A stretch of 63,326 nt of DNA, the filler included, from Octopus bimaculoides (lineage: Eukaryota): NCBI RefSeq assembly GCF_001194135.2. It is 7 parts of 6 records of this genome, joined end to end, with 100 filler letters (N's around TTAATTAATTAA, not from the genome) between each part and the next. Parts side by side here need not be neighbours in the genome. Positions count along the whole stretch, not along the records: positions 23,361 to 27,330 come from NC_069003.1; positions 27,431 to 49,381 come from NC_068981.1; 5 more parts are not named here. The stretch is one strand, 5' to 3'. Positions 24,173 to 36,810 of this stretch are shown here, piece by piece. Each line of letters begins with the position of its first letter. Within the stretch, counting starts at the first letter, position 1. The position numbers were made by a program, and so were the translations under genes. Below the pieces are notes generated by a model, which did no database searches, was not told the DNA's origin, and saw only the letters and a program-made list of their open reading frames with translations.

Positions 24173-24866
24173 ATATAAAACAACTTGAACAAGAATGGAG
24201 AAAATCACATCTTTGATGATTGCACCGTATATTACGGACGATCTTTTCTCTTGTGCCAGCATATTTAGAAACAGGAATATTGTACGAAATACCAACCAAA
24301 CTAGTATGTCCGAAAATTCATTCTAACACACACACATATACTATGGGTTTCACAGGCTGTGATGGGTCGCTGAGGGAAGGGGTGATGCATCGTAAGGACT
24401 TGGAAAGGGTTGTATTTTAGGAATAGTTCTTGTCCGAGAGTAAACGTATAAGACTTCATGACAATCTTGTATCGTCGTTTTTATATATTTTCGTTCTTTA
24501 GAATGCATTAAACAAACAGACTTTTATTTCCTCTAAGTCTGTCCGTCCGTCTGTCCGCCCGACTGTCACTCTCTCTCTCACTGTCTTTCTTCCTCTTTTC
24601 CTCTTTCTCTCCTCTCTCTCTCTCTGTAGTCTTTTCTTTTTCTGTCTCTATCTTTCATTCTCCTCCTTCTCTTCCTCTGTCTCATTACCGCCATATGGTT
24701 GTAATTCGCCTTCTCTGTAATAAGTGAGCGACAAAAAAGCGTGTGTGTATACCTGTATATATACGTGTGTGTGTATGCATATATGTATGTATGCATGCAT
24801 ATATGTGTGTATACATGTATATTCATGCATATATGTACACATATATACATATATATATATAAATAC

Positions 24867-24902
<36 letters not shown>

Positions 24903-26685
24903 GTATATATGTATATATGAATGTTTGCGCGTTCACATATGTGTGTGTATGCATGTTTATGTATGTATATATGTGGGTATGTCTGTGTGTATATGTATCT
25001 GTGCATGTATATATATATATATATATACATCAATGTTTGTATGCACACACACCCACACACACATATATATATATACATATATATGTGCATATATGCGTGC
25101 GCGTGTGTGTGTGCGTGCGTGCGTGTGTGTGTGTGTGTGTGTGTGGGTGTGTGTGTTCAAGAGAGAAAATTACATTTTAGAATGAACCCCGAAAACTTAT
25201 TACAATTGCCACAAATGACAACATATGTGAGCCATCTGAAACTTTAGAATGCGGAGACCCTATTAAAAATCTTACCATTATTGGTCGCTTTGGTTCCGTT
25301 TTCTTCTCTCTCTCTTTTTTTGTTAATTTTGGTTTTTATACTATTTTTGTTTTATTTCATTTTATTTTATTTTTTTATTCTTGTCATTACTGTTCCTGTC
25401 GTTGTTGTTGTTGTTGTTGTTGGTATTGTTGTCGCTACTTCTGCTTCTGTTGCTGTTCTTGCTCTTGTAGTAGTAGTAGTAGTAGTAGTAGTAGATGTTG
25501 TTGTTGTTTTCCGATGGTGTCTAAAGCGGGTAGATGCGTTTTTCTTTCGTTTTTGTTTGTTTTCGGTGTCATTTTCTTTGTTTGTTTTCTGTTAGGAGTG
25601 GGAGGAAGGGGGGGAGAAGTGAAAATCTCTTGTAGCTGTTGTTGTTGTTGCCGTGGTTGTTGTTGTTGTTGTAGTAGTTTTTGTTTTTGTTTTCTTTTGG
25701 TTTTTGTCTTTCCATTATTTGGTTGTTTTTGTTTAACCCTAAAATTTTTACAAATATGGAATGTCTTGATGGAGATAATTGCTGGATAGAGAGAGAGAGA
25801 GAAGGAGAAAGAAAGAGGGTGATGGAGAGAGAAGGGGAGAGAAGAGAGAGAGAAGGGAAGAGAAGAGAGGGAGAATAGAGAGAAGGGGAGAGAAGAGAGA
25901 GGGAATAGAGAGAAAGAGAGAGAAATGGGAGAGAGAAAAGGGAGAAAGAGAAGAGAAAGGAGAGAGGAGAANNNNNNNNNNNNNNNNNNNNNNNNNNNNN
26001 NNNNNNNNNNNNNNNNNNNNNNNNNNNNNNNNNNNNNNNNNNNNNNNNNNNNNNNNNNNNNNNNNNNNNNNNNNNNNNNNNNNNNNNNNNNNNNNNNNNN
26101 NNNNNNNNNNNNNNNNNNNNNNNNNNNNNNNNNNNNNNNNNNNNNNNNNNNNNNNNNNNNNNNNNNNNNNNNNNNNNNNNNNNNNNNNNNNNNNNNNNNN
26201 NNNNNNNNNNNNNNNNNNNNNNNNNNNNNNNNNNNNNNNNNNNNNNNNNNNNNNNNNNCTTAGTAGGAGAGAGAGAGAGAGGAGAGTCTTAGTAGGAGAG
26301 AGAGAGAGAGAGAGAAAGAAAGATACAGGGACAGAACGAGAGAGAGAGAGAGAGGGGAAAAAGGAGAGGAGTGGCGGAAAGAGATGAAAAAAATGAGGAA
26401 AGAGAATGAGGACTGGAGTGGTTCGTATGTTTCTCTGTTCCCATGTCGAATATCAAATGTATCATTAGATGAGTGTCAGCTTCCTACATTACATCGCCAT
26501 CATCTGACAACATCGGAGATGCTATAAATATGCCAGTCATCACCGCCATTGCATCTTGCATCTTACACACTCTCTCACACACACATACTCACGTACATAC
26601 GTACATAAGTACGCAATACATGTGTGTGTGTGTGTGTGTGTGTACGTATGTAAAGGGAACATAGTCAACAGATAAGATCCAGAGA

Positions 26686-27001
26686 TTCACACTATAAGAA
26701 AACCCTAAGTAACGCTCAAATTATTTAAACTTAGACACCGATGGCTTTACAGGGGATCAATTCCACTGGGTAAAGAATGTCTCTGAGAAGGATCAAGGTG
26801 AGCTGATATGGAGGCAATTATGCGGATAAACAGATGAGATATATACTAAATATACTAATTTGTTTATCCGCATAGTTGACTCCATATCAGCTCAACTTGA
26901 TCCCTCTTATAGACATTCTTTACCCGGTGGAATTGATCCCCTGTAAAGCCATCGGTTTCTGAGTTTAATTTGAGCGGTACTGTGTCTTCTATACTGAGAA
27001 T
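26686..27001. mobile_element. ~300-bp foldback palindrome (MITE-like)
   Basis: The arm accgatggctttacaggggatcaattccac...gcggataaac is the near-perfect reverse complement of gtttatccgc...gtggaattgatcccctgtaaagccatcggt, around an AT-rich spacer of about 30 nt. The outer ends are approximate. Confidence 0.8.
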
Positions 27002-27430
27002 ACGTACGTATGTATGTATACGTGTATCTATGTATGTATGTAAATATATATATGTATCTGTATATATATGGATGTATATTTTAATTAAATAATGACTTTA
27101 AAACACCAATGATCCACTTCTCACTGTTAATTATTGCTCCATTTCTTATCGTCTCTATATACATTAAACCACGGTTTTGCCTTTAAATTACCTACTACCG
27201 TATACCTTATAACAAAGACCATACATACTGAGGTAATACCAGGAGTGCCTTTGGATACATCTATCCCTTAGATAGTTACATAACCTCTAACTTATATCTT
27301 ACACAATATATATATATATATATATATATANNNNNNNNNNNNNNNNNNNNNNNNNNNNNNNNNNNNNNNNNNNNTTAATTAATTAANNNNNNNNNNNNNN
27401 NNNNNNNNNNNNNNNNNNNNNNNNNNNNNN

Positions 27431-27475
<45 letters not shown>

Positions 27476-27512
27476 TATATATATATAGACACATACACAC
27501 ACACTCACATAT

Positions 27513-27920
27513 GCGCAGAAGTGGCTGTGTGTAAGAAGCTTGCTTCCCAACCACATGGTTCTTGGTTCAGTCCCACTGCGTGGCAGCTTGGGCAAGTGTC
27601 TTCTACTATAGCCTCGAGCCGACCAAAGCCTTGTGAGTGGATTTCGTAGACGGAAACTGAAAGAAGCCCGTCGTATACATAAATGTATATTTTTGTATTT
27701 GTGTGTTTGTTATTTGTGTCTGCGTTTGTCCCACCACCGTCGCTTGACAACCGCTGTCGGTTCGTTTACGTCCCCGTCATTTAGCCGTTCGGCGAAAGTG
27801 ACCGATAGAATGAGTACTGGGCTTACAAAGAATAAGTCGTGGGGGTCGATTTGTTCGAGTAAAGGCGGTGCTCCAGCATGGCCGCAGTCAAATGACTGAA
27901 ACAAGTAAAAGAAAAAAGAA
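27513..27920 (+). mobile_element. Composite SINE family A, full length (tRNA head, CORE-like segment, internal TA/TG tract, 3' half)
   Basis: A-box-like tggctgtgtg, B-box-like ggttcagtccc and cttgggcaagtgtctt (CORE-like as recalled). Further copies: 40714-41152 (+), 42518-42858 (-), 43762-44298 (-), 38205-38530 (-). Head or tail fragments lie near 30160, 35708, 36290, 45020, 49780, 52540 and 54560. Confidence 0.88.
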
Positions 27921-28101
27921 TAAACGAATGTATATACATATGTGTGTGTGTATGGGGGTGGATGGGGGTTATTAGCAAGGGATTTCTCCAGACGTTTATC
28001 CGTTTGCTCACAGTTCGGTATTCAAAATAAGTTGTTCAACGGTTAGTATATAAATCCCCAAATAATTACCATTACCTATAATATATGTGTATGTATATAT
28101 G

Positions 28102-28150
<49 letters not shown>

Positions 28151-28398
28151 TGTGTGTGTGTGTGTGTATAGTATTTGTATATATATGTATATATATATAT
28201 AGATAGATAGATATATACATTATATATACATTATATATACATGATATATATATATACATATATATATATATAATGTGTGTCTATATGCATATATATAATG
28301 TACGTGCACTCTATCTTCCGTATCCACTGTTTCTACTATATAATGTATATATATATGTACTTTCACTCTTTTATATGTTCCAGCCTGGAGACTGTCAC

Positions 28399-28441
<43 letters not shown>

Positions 28442-28451
28442 NNNNNNNNNN

Positions 28452-28483
<32 letters not shown>

Positions 28484-29049
28484 TTGTGTGTATATGTATT
28501 ACGTCTGCGTGTATATATATATTCTGTGTGCATGTATATTATGTGTGTATATATATGCTATTGTGTGAATGTATTGTCAAAGTCAAGTATTATATATATA
28601 TATATATATATCTTATATATATATTCTTATATACACATATATATGTATATATATAAATGCACGTTATATATAATACACACACATATATATGTATATATGT
28701 ATATATATATATATATGTGTGTGTGTGTGCTTGCATGTGTGTATGCCCACGTGTGTGTGTGTGTATGTGTGTGTTTGTGTATGTGTGTGTGAGGGAGGTC
28801 AAAGAAATTAAATATCCAAGGAAATGACAACATGGCTGCCCGACTGCTCTTTCCGTTTTCCTCCCACTTGACTTTTGTCTCTCAAATCTAATAAATGAAT
28901 ATATTAGAATGAAAATCTAATTTTAAATTAAATATGATTAATTAATAGAATTACAGAATCAATGGGAATTGAAAAGAAACCGAATACTAGTCAAGTATAT
29001 ATATATGAGGTAATTGAAACGGTTCAGCATAGCATATTCAATATTTATT

Positions 29050-29101
<52 letters not shown>

Positions 29102-29154
29102 ATGATATAAATAATATATAAATATATGCATATATACATACATATATGTACATA

Positions 29155-29214
<60 letters not shown>

Positions 29215-29430
29215 CGAAATACACATACGAAATACACATACGAAATACACATACGAAATACACATACGAAATATATATATATATATATATATATATGCAT
29301 ATATGGGTACAGGGCATCAAAAAAAAACGTGAACAATATGAGAAACGAGAACATAAAAAACAAAAACATGGAAAACGAACATTTTGTTTCGAATAGTGAA
29401 AGAGAGAAACGTGACATGCAACATAAAGAA

Positions 29431-29497
29431 CATCCCCTTCATCAGTTGTCCCCTGTTTTATTTACTCCGCGTTTCGAAGGTAGGGACAAGACGCGAC
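29431..29497 (-). ncRNA. Candidate non-circularly permuted hammerhead ribozyme (family H5)
   Basis: The minus strand reads tcgcgT-C-ttgtccc-ta-ccttc-GAA-Acgcgg-agtaaataaaacag-gggacaa-CTGATGA-agggg. All core nucleotides are present. Stem I is 7 bp and stem III is 5-6 bp, but the three strands occur in reversed order. Confidence 0.6.
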
Positions 29498-29657
29498 TTC
29501 GTTAAAACAATCCTTCCCGCAAAGCAAATTAAATAGAATTTAGGATTTTTTGCAGAGGGTGAAAGTGGTAACAAAAACAGGACAGTGAGAACAAAACAGT
29601 AAAAACAAACGGTGAGGGCTGTATGCATGAGTATAATGATATGTATGTATAAAAGAG

Positions 29658-29692
<35 letters not shown>

Positions 29693-30115
29693 GAGAATAT
29701 ACAAATAATAACAACAGACGAGGACAGGTGGTGTAAATAACAAAAGTATATATTAGTATGACGCATATATATGTATATATGTATATGTATATATGTATGT
29801 AGATATATGTGTGTGTGTGTATGTGTAGAAATGTGTATGTATGTATAAAAGTGTGTATGTGTGTATACGAAGACATAAACGTTTACATAGACCATGTTTT
29901 CAATTCTTTACATTCTGAGTTCAATCCCAAGCGAGGTCGACCTTAACTCTAATTATTTCGGGGTCGATCAATAAAGTATTCAGGAAGTAGATTGCCAGAA
30001 GTGCCAGAATGTCGGACCGAACGCCTTGCCCCATCCGTTCCGTTTATGTGCGTTTGTAGTGTTAATACCACCTCTTATCTCTGAAGAAAGACCCTACCAT
30101 TTCCAACAGTTAAAC

Positions 30116-30153
<38 letters not shown>

Positions 30154-30730
30154 CATACACATATGTCAAGATTCTATATTGCTTCCGTCTACTAAATTCA
30201 CTCACAAGGTAGTGATCGGCCTGGAGCTAGAGTAGAAAACACTCACCCAAAGTGCCATGCAGCAGGCTTGAACCCCAAACTCCGTGTCTACAAATCGAGC
30301 TTCTTAAACATACAGCCATGTCTGCAGCTATGAGTGACTCGATTAAATTATGGAACAACAACGACCTATATTCACTACTTGGCTATATTTATTAACTTAG
30401 CGAGTCTTAAACTGACAGAAACGAGCTCCCGCCCAAAATATTAAGGATTTTTTTTTGGCTCCCCTGTTGTCTATATTAATGAGGATACAAAATAAAGTTC
30501 TTTCTGCCCCATGGTGTTGAATAAGTTTTAAAACGTTTTAATTTTTATTAAACCTGACAATTTGTCCGTCCCACATCACCCATCCACCCCCGTCTTTTTA
30601 AGTCTTCACAGCACCCACCTATGAGAAATTCTGTAATAATGGGTTATGCTAGAGTCTTTTTTTCTACCTCTGTTCAAATTAAATACACATATGGATATAT
30701 TTATATGAACACAAATATATTTACATGTAC

Positions 30731-30766
<36 letters not shown>

Positions 30767-31189
30767 AGCACACAACCTCCTTGAATTAGGGATGTTACGT
30801 ATACAGAATGACCTGAGTTTATAAAAGAACAATAACGACTACGTTACTACTGCTGCTGCTGCTGCTGCTGTTACTGCTGTTGCTGCTGCTACTACTGCTG
30901 CTGCTGTTACTGCTGTTGCTGCTGCTACTACTGCTGCTGCTGCTGCCGCCTCTGCTACTGTTGCTGCTGCATACTTATCGCATTTACTTTAAGTATTGCT
31001 TCTCCATATCTTCCCAATTCGTTCCTACATGTCTCCGTCTGAGCTCTTATATCACTAGAAAAGCCTGCATACGATAAGTGCTACAATGGAGCAAGACTTT
31101 TCGGGCTGTGAGAATTTTGCCTTTCTCTCACATATAGTCACAGGGTCTCTCACCGGCTTTCCTGGCCCCGGACAGATCTACCGACAGAA

Positions 31190-31490
31190 CTTACCTCTTA
31201 TGTATCAATTCCTTTATATCAGCGCCTTAATATCAATTCCTTTACATCGACTCGGTGTTTCAACGTCTGCATCCATTTTAGACCCGTATCAACTCCATAT
31301 CAATTCCTAGCTTAAATGTCTATGTCCGTTAGACACCCGTATCAACATCTTAATATCAACCCAAGTCTCACTCAATGATCTGCACCCGTTTTATACCCAT
31401 GTCTTCTCCTTAATATAAATTCTGTTTTAAAATCTACATCCGTTTCATACTTGTATCAACTCTTTATGTCAGCCAATTTACCCGTTTCAC
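31190..31490. repeat. Degenerate minisatellite, ~55-60-bp unit, 4-5 copies
   Basis: tct(g/a)catccgttt.a.acccgtatcaactc...atatcaa recurs at roughly regular spacing. Confidence 0.65.
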
Positions 31491-32009
31491 CCATTCCCAT
31501 CTCTTATTGAACTTGGCTATTAATACATCATAGTCGTATACAAAAGCCTATCCAGTGATATCCGTTTGGACAGCTGATGATGGGAATGCGCGTATGTTAA
31601 GCTCGATTGTGAATTTCTTATATTTTAGTCTTATTATCCTGAGTTGTCCTTCATTCTTGTAAAGTGGAAAATGTTTATGGATTCTGCGAGGATCGCTTAC
31701 TTTGGTATTGTTTCGTTTTCTTCGTCGGTCACCTAATTAGGCTTAGACTATGCTTTTATACTGGTGTCTAGTTTTGGAAGGTTCTGCGACTTATATTTGT
31801 GGTTACATGTTTCCAACGGATATTGGTCAACTGCAACACATCTGCCATTTCACATCACGGCAGGTACCATTCATTACCAGTCGACTTCAATGAGAGCTGA
31901 ACACAAAATTTTCTGAGTTCACTTCCTGCCAGAGTTGATTACATAAGTACCAGGGGGTCGACATAAACGACTAAAACACCCTCCACTAATCAAAAACAAC
32001 AACAACAAC

Positions 32010-32045
<36 letters not shown>

Positions 32046-32534
32046 TGACAAGCAAATCTGCAGTATTAAGCAGAATATTTGCTGTAGCCCATCTTTTTTT
32101 ACGTCAAGACAAAACATGTCCATGTTAACACTTCCAATCAGTTAAAATCAGAAGCCCCGCGAGCCACTGCCTGGTATTGCATCATGGCTTAAAATAATAA
32201 AATGTGGTTTTCTGTTTATGTTGATAATGACTCCTGTATAATTCTTACACCAATGTTCTTTCATTCATTTTTTTTTTCTCTTTCACTGCTTTAATCATTC
32301 ATCGTTTATTTACCGCCACCATTTCATTCATTCATTCATTCATTCATCAGTTTGTTTCATTCATATCTTCTTTATCATCATCTTCTAACCTCTGTTACTC
32401 CCCCTCCCCTCTTCAGCATAATCTACAAGCCATAGAAACAAAAACAAGCAAAAATGAATAAAACAAAAATAAATAACTAAATAAAAGGCATGAAATGTTA
32501 TGAAATGCTTGTATATATTGTATATATTAGAGGC

Positions 32535-32589
<55 letters not shown>

Positions 32590-33043
32590 CAACCCCGACG
32601 TACAACCGACTCGCCTCGTTAACACAATGTGATAATTATTCCAAAATGTAAATAAAACTAAAACAACAACAGCAGTGAGTCTTCCTCCTCCTACTACTAC
32701 TCCTCTCCCTCTCTCTCTCCCTCCCTCTCTCTCTCTCTCCCTCCCTCCATATCGTATCAAATGTCCAATTAAACGACTCAACTACCGACCAACAAGGCCC
32801 AGCGTGCTAAACATGCTTTCCGTTGCTTTTCACTTCATGTAAAATATCCTACAAACATATGACGTCAGGAGTTCAAAGCCTTCCGAATATAGTAGCAGCC
32901 ATGCGTTCATAGGGCGTTTGTGAGTATGTGTACCTGTATGACACACGAGTGTGTTTGTGTGTGTGTGTGCGTGTGTGTGCGTATGCATAATTCATATTTC
33001 AAATATCTTAAACCGTTTACCTTATAGCTGATTTATATATATA

Positions 33044-33083
<40 letters not shown>

Positions 33084-33562
33084 TTACTATACACTTTGAT
33101 CTTAGCCAAAAGACTGATACATATGTATGTATAAATGTGTGTGTATATATATATATATATATACGTATTTGTGTTTGTGTATATATATATGCATATACGT
33201 ATTTATACATATATATATATATGTATATGTGTGTGTATATATATATATGTGTGTGTGTGTGTATGTATATATGTGTGTGTATATATATATATATACACAT
33301 GTGTGTGCATATATATATATATATACGTATATATATATATACATATGTGCATATATATACATGTGTTTATATATATATATATGAGTGTATATATATATAT
33401 ATACGTATGTGTATGTATATATATATGTGTATGTATATATATATGTGTATGTATATATATATACGTATGTATATATATATATATATATATACGTATATGT
33501 GTACATATATATAGGTATATGTGGGTATATAGACATATATATATATATACATACATACATAA

Positions 33563-33596
<34 letters not shown>

Positions 33597-33886
33597 NNNN
33601 NNNNNNNNNNNNNNNNNNNNNNNNNNNNNNNNNNNNNNNNNNNNNNNNNNNNNNNNNNNNNNNNNNNNNNNNNNNNNNNNNNNNNNNNNNNNNNNNTGTA
33701 TCCGCTTTACTGGTGTGTGTGTTCTTGCTTATGTTTTAATATGCTCGAGTTATATTTCATATCTAATACACGATTAATTGTGACACATGAGCATGTTCTT
33801 GTAGATCTTTATAAATTATTGGTGAAATTAATATATGTTCTAATGTGTGTATATGTGCGACTGTGTATGTATATGTTTGCACACAC

Positions 33887-33919
<33 letters not shown>

Positions 33920-33929
33920 NNNNNNNNNN

Positions 33930-33969
<40 letters not shown>

Positions 33970-34190
33970 CACGTGTGTGTGTGTGAGTATATATGACTCT
34001 AATATACCCACTACAACGATGTATGTAGATATAGATACACACACACGTACACACATGCACACACACACACACGTAACTATAATCGTTGCAGTGCGCATAC
34101 TAGTTCTAGAGAGTAGGCAGTATTGTGATAAACGTGAACAAAAGCAATGGAAATCTATCATTTGGTACTAACTAGCGTGTAACAAATATG

Positions 34191-34221
<31 letters not shown>

Positions 34222-34340
34222 GCTCCTGTTAAATGAAACGTGTGCAGGACCAGACAGTTATTTGTGGATCTACATAGGTAAATAAATGAAGAATTAAATA
34301 AAAAAAATTATATCTTTAGTATTTACTAAAACACACACTA

Positions 34341-34530
34341 GGTGGCGAGCTGGCAGAATCGTATGCATGCCGGACGAAATGCTTCGTGGCATTTCGTCCG
34401 TCTCAACGCTTTGAGCTCGACTTTGCCTTTCATGTTTTCCGGGTTGATAAGTACCAGTTAAGCACTGGGGCGATGCAATCGACTTACCCCCCCCCCAAAT
34501 GCTGACCTTGTGCCAGAATTCGAAACCAAT
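34341..34530 (+). mobile_element. SINE family B copy
   Basis: ggtggcgagctggcagaatcg head and tcgactttgcctttcat core. Confidence 0.8.
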
Positions 34531-34834
34531 ATTCATGCACACGCGCGCGAGCACGCGTCGATTCTCATTTTTCTCCCGCGTACACACGTGTGAATAATGT
34601 ATGTGAATCGGTGCATCAAACAATTATGCTGCGTTGTTTTATTTAGTCGTTGTTAGATTTCTGATCACCTAGTGTCAGCTTCGATTATTTCGCCTTTAAG
34701 AGATCGATAAGATAAGGACCAGACGATAGTAATAGGCTCGATATAATTGACGATGATTGAGGGCCATGCCTGCAGGCCACAGTTCAATGATTGCAATCGG
34801 TTCAAGAATAAAAGAATCAAACGAATTTGATAAA

Positions 34835-35432
34835 ACAATTCTATATTTAAGAGATGAGGAATTATTTACATTATTTACATTATTTACATTTGACGGATAT
34901 TTGTCCTCATCTTGTTTGTTGTTAACACAACGTTTCAGCTGATATACCCTCCAGCCTTCATCAGGTGTCTTGGGGAAACTTCGAAACTGGGTTCTCGTTC
35001 CTAAGGTATTTTTTGATGATATTATTATTATTATTATTATTCAGTCACTGCCTGGAATCGAACTCGGAATCTTGAGGTTTGTAGCCCGCGCTTTTAACCA
35101 CTACAGCATATGCCCGTGGGCAATTATGGAGTGTTTTCCGGGTTGATAAATTAAGATTTATAAGCCCTAAAATTCACTCCATAATTGCCCACGTGCATAT
35201 GGCGTAGTGGTTGAGAGTGCGGGCTACTAACCCCAAGATTCCGAGTTCGATTCCAGGCAGTGACTGAATAATAATAATAATAATAACATCGAAAAATACC
35301 TTAGGAATGAGAAACCAGGTTCGAAATTTCCCCCACGACACCTAATGAAGGCTGGAGGGTATATCAGCTGAAATGTTGTGTTAACAACAAATAAGATGAG
35401 GACAAATATCCGTTAAATGTAAATAATGTAAA
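34835..35432. mobile_element. Palindromic element of two divergent tRNA-head + hammerhead units, flanked by a 12-bp direct repeat
   Basis: Arms of about 270 bp are reverse complements. A-box tggcgtagtgg (35200-35210) and B-box gagttcgattcc (35243-35254) are mirrored on the minus strand. HHR motifs lie at 34924-34969 (-) and 35337-35382 (+). GAATTTGATAAA occurs at 34823-34834 and 35433-35444. Confidence 0.85.
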
Positions 35433-35625
35433 GAATTTGATAAAGGTTGATATTGATTGACATCGAAGTCGTCTGACCAACCACGCATGTTTCACATCCA
35501 AGCAACCTGACCATCCCCGTATATTTCATGATGCATTCAACCCAGCTAACCAGACCACACATATTCTACATAAGCGAGTCACTTCATTAACCACACATAT
35601 ATCACGTACGCCATCCATGCACGAG

Positions 35626-35683
<58 letters not shown>

Positions 35684-36198
35684 TCTGCATATGTACGTGT
35701 ATACATACAGGCAGGAGTGGCTGTGTGATAAGTAGCTTGCTTACCAACCACATGGTTCCGGGTTCAGTCCTAGTGCGTGGCNNNNNNNNNNNNNNNNNNN
35801 NNNNNNNNNNNNNNNNNNNNNNNNNNNNNNNNNNNNNNNNNNNNNNNNNNNNNNNNNNNNNNNNNNNNNNNNNNNNNNNNNNNNNNNNNNNNNNNNNNNN
35901 NNNNNNNNNNNNNNNNNNNNNNNNNNNNNNNNNNNNNNNNNNNNNNNNNNNNNNNNNNNNNNNNNNNNNNNNNNNNNNNNNNNNNNNNNNNNNNNNNNNN
36001 NNNNNNNNNNNNNNNNNNNNNNNNNNNNNNNNNNNNNNNNNNNNNNNNNNNNNNNNNNNNNNNNNNNNNNNNNNNNNTATATATAGTAATGCCTCGCTAT
36101 ACGAGTTAATATACGAGAACGCTCGTGAAACGAATACTCGGAAACAAAATAAAACTCGTAAAAACTCGTAAATCCGGGGCTTCTTAAAGCGGGTCCTC

Positions 36199-36239
<41 letters not shown>

Positions 36240-36683
36240 AGTGCGTGTGTGTGTGTGTGTGTGTATTCACACACAGCATTACAGGTGGACAGATAGATTT
36301 TTGTCTGTTTTAGTCTACCAAATCCACCCATAGGGCATTGGTCGACCCGGGGCTATAACAGAAGTCCCTTAAAGTGCCACGCAGTAGGACTGCACCCCAA
36401 AGCCCCCAAATCGCCTGGTTGCAAAGCGAGCTTGTTAACCACACAGCCATTCTTGCATCTAAAACCTTTAAATGAATCTTCATTCGAACCCTTTTCTTTA
36501 TTTTCCCCTCAATTTCCTCTGTGAAATTCCTTCTTGTTTGCCGTATTTTCTTTGCTTCTTTGATTGTTTATTAGAATCATTTTTCTCCTTTTGTTCCTTC
36601 TTTATCACTTCGATTTCCTTTTTAGTTTTTTTCCTATTAATTTCTTCCTTTCGTTCACTTCATATATTCTATTCACCTCCCCG

Positions 36684-36810
<127 letters not shown>

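Noticed and set aside
31540-31600. CTGATGA with an upstream partially complementary segment, as a second permuted hammerhead
   Set aside because: No GAAA strand or cleavage triplet is present.
33022-33986. Many overlapping Tyr/Ile/Val/Cys-rich ORFs (also near 24578-25247 and 28008-29417)
   Set aside because: They are translations of (TA)n/(TG)n tracts, which lack stop codons.
35195-35262. tRNA-like sequence as a true tRNA gene
   Set aside because: The acceptor stem does not close properly and the sequence is embedded in a repeated element; it is a SINE-type head. The same applies to the other SINE heads.
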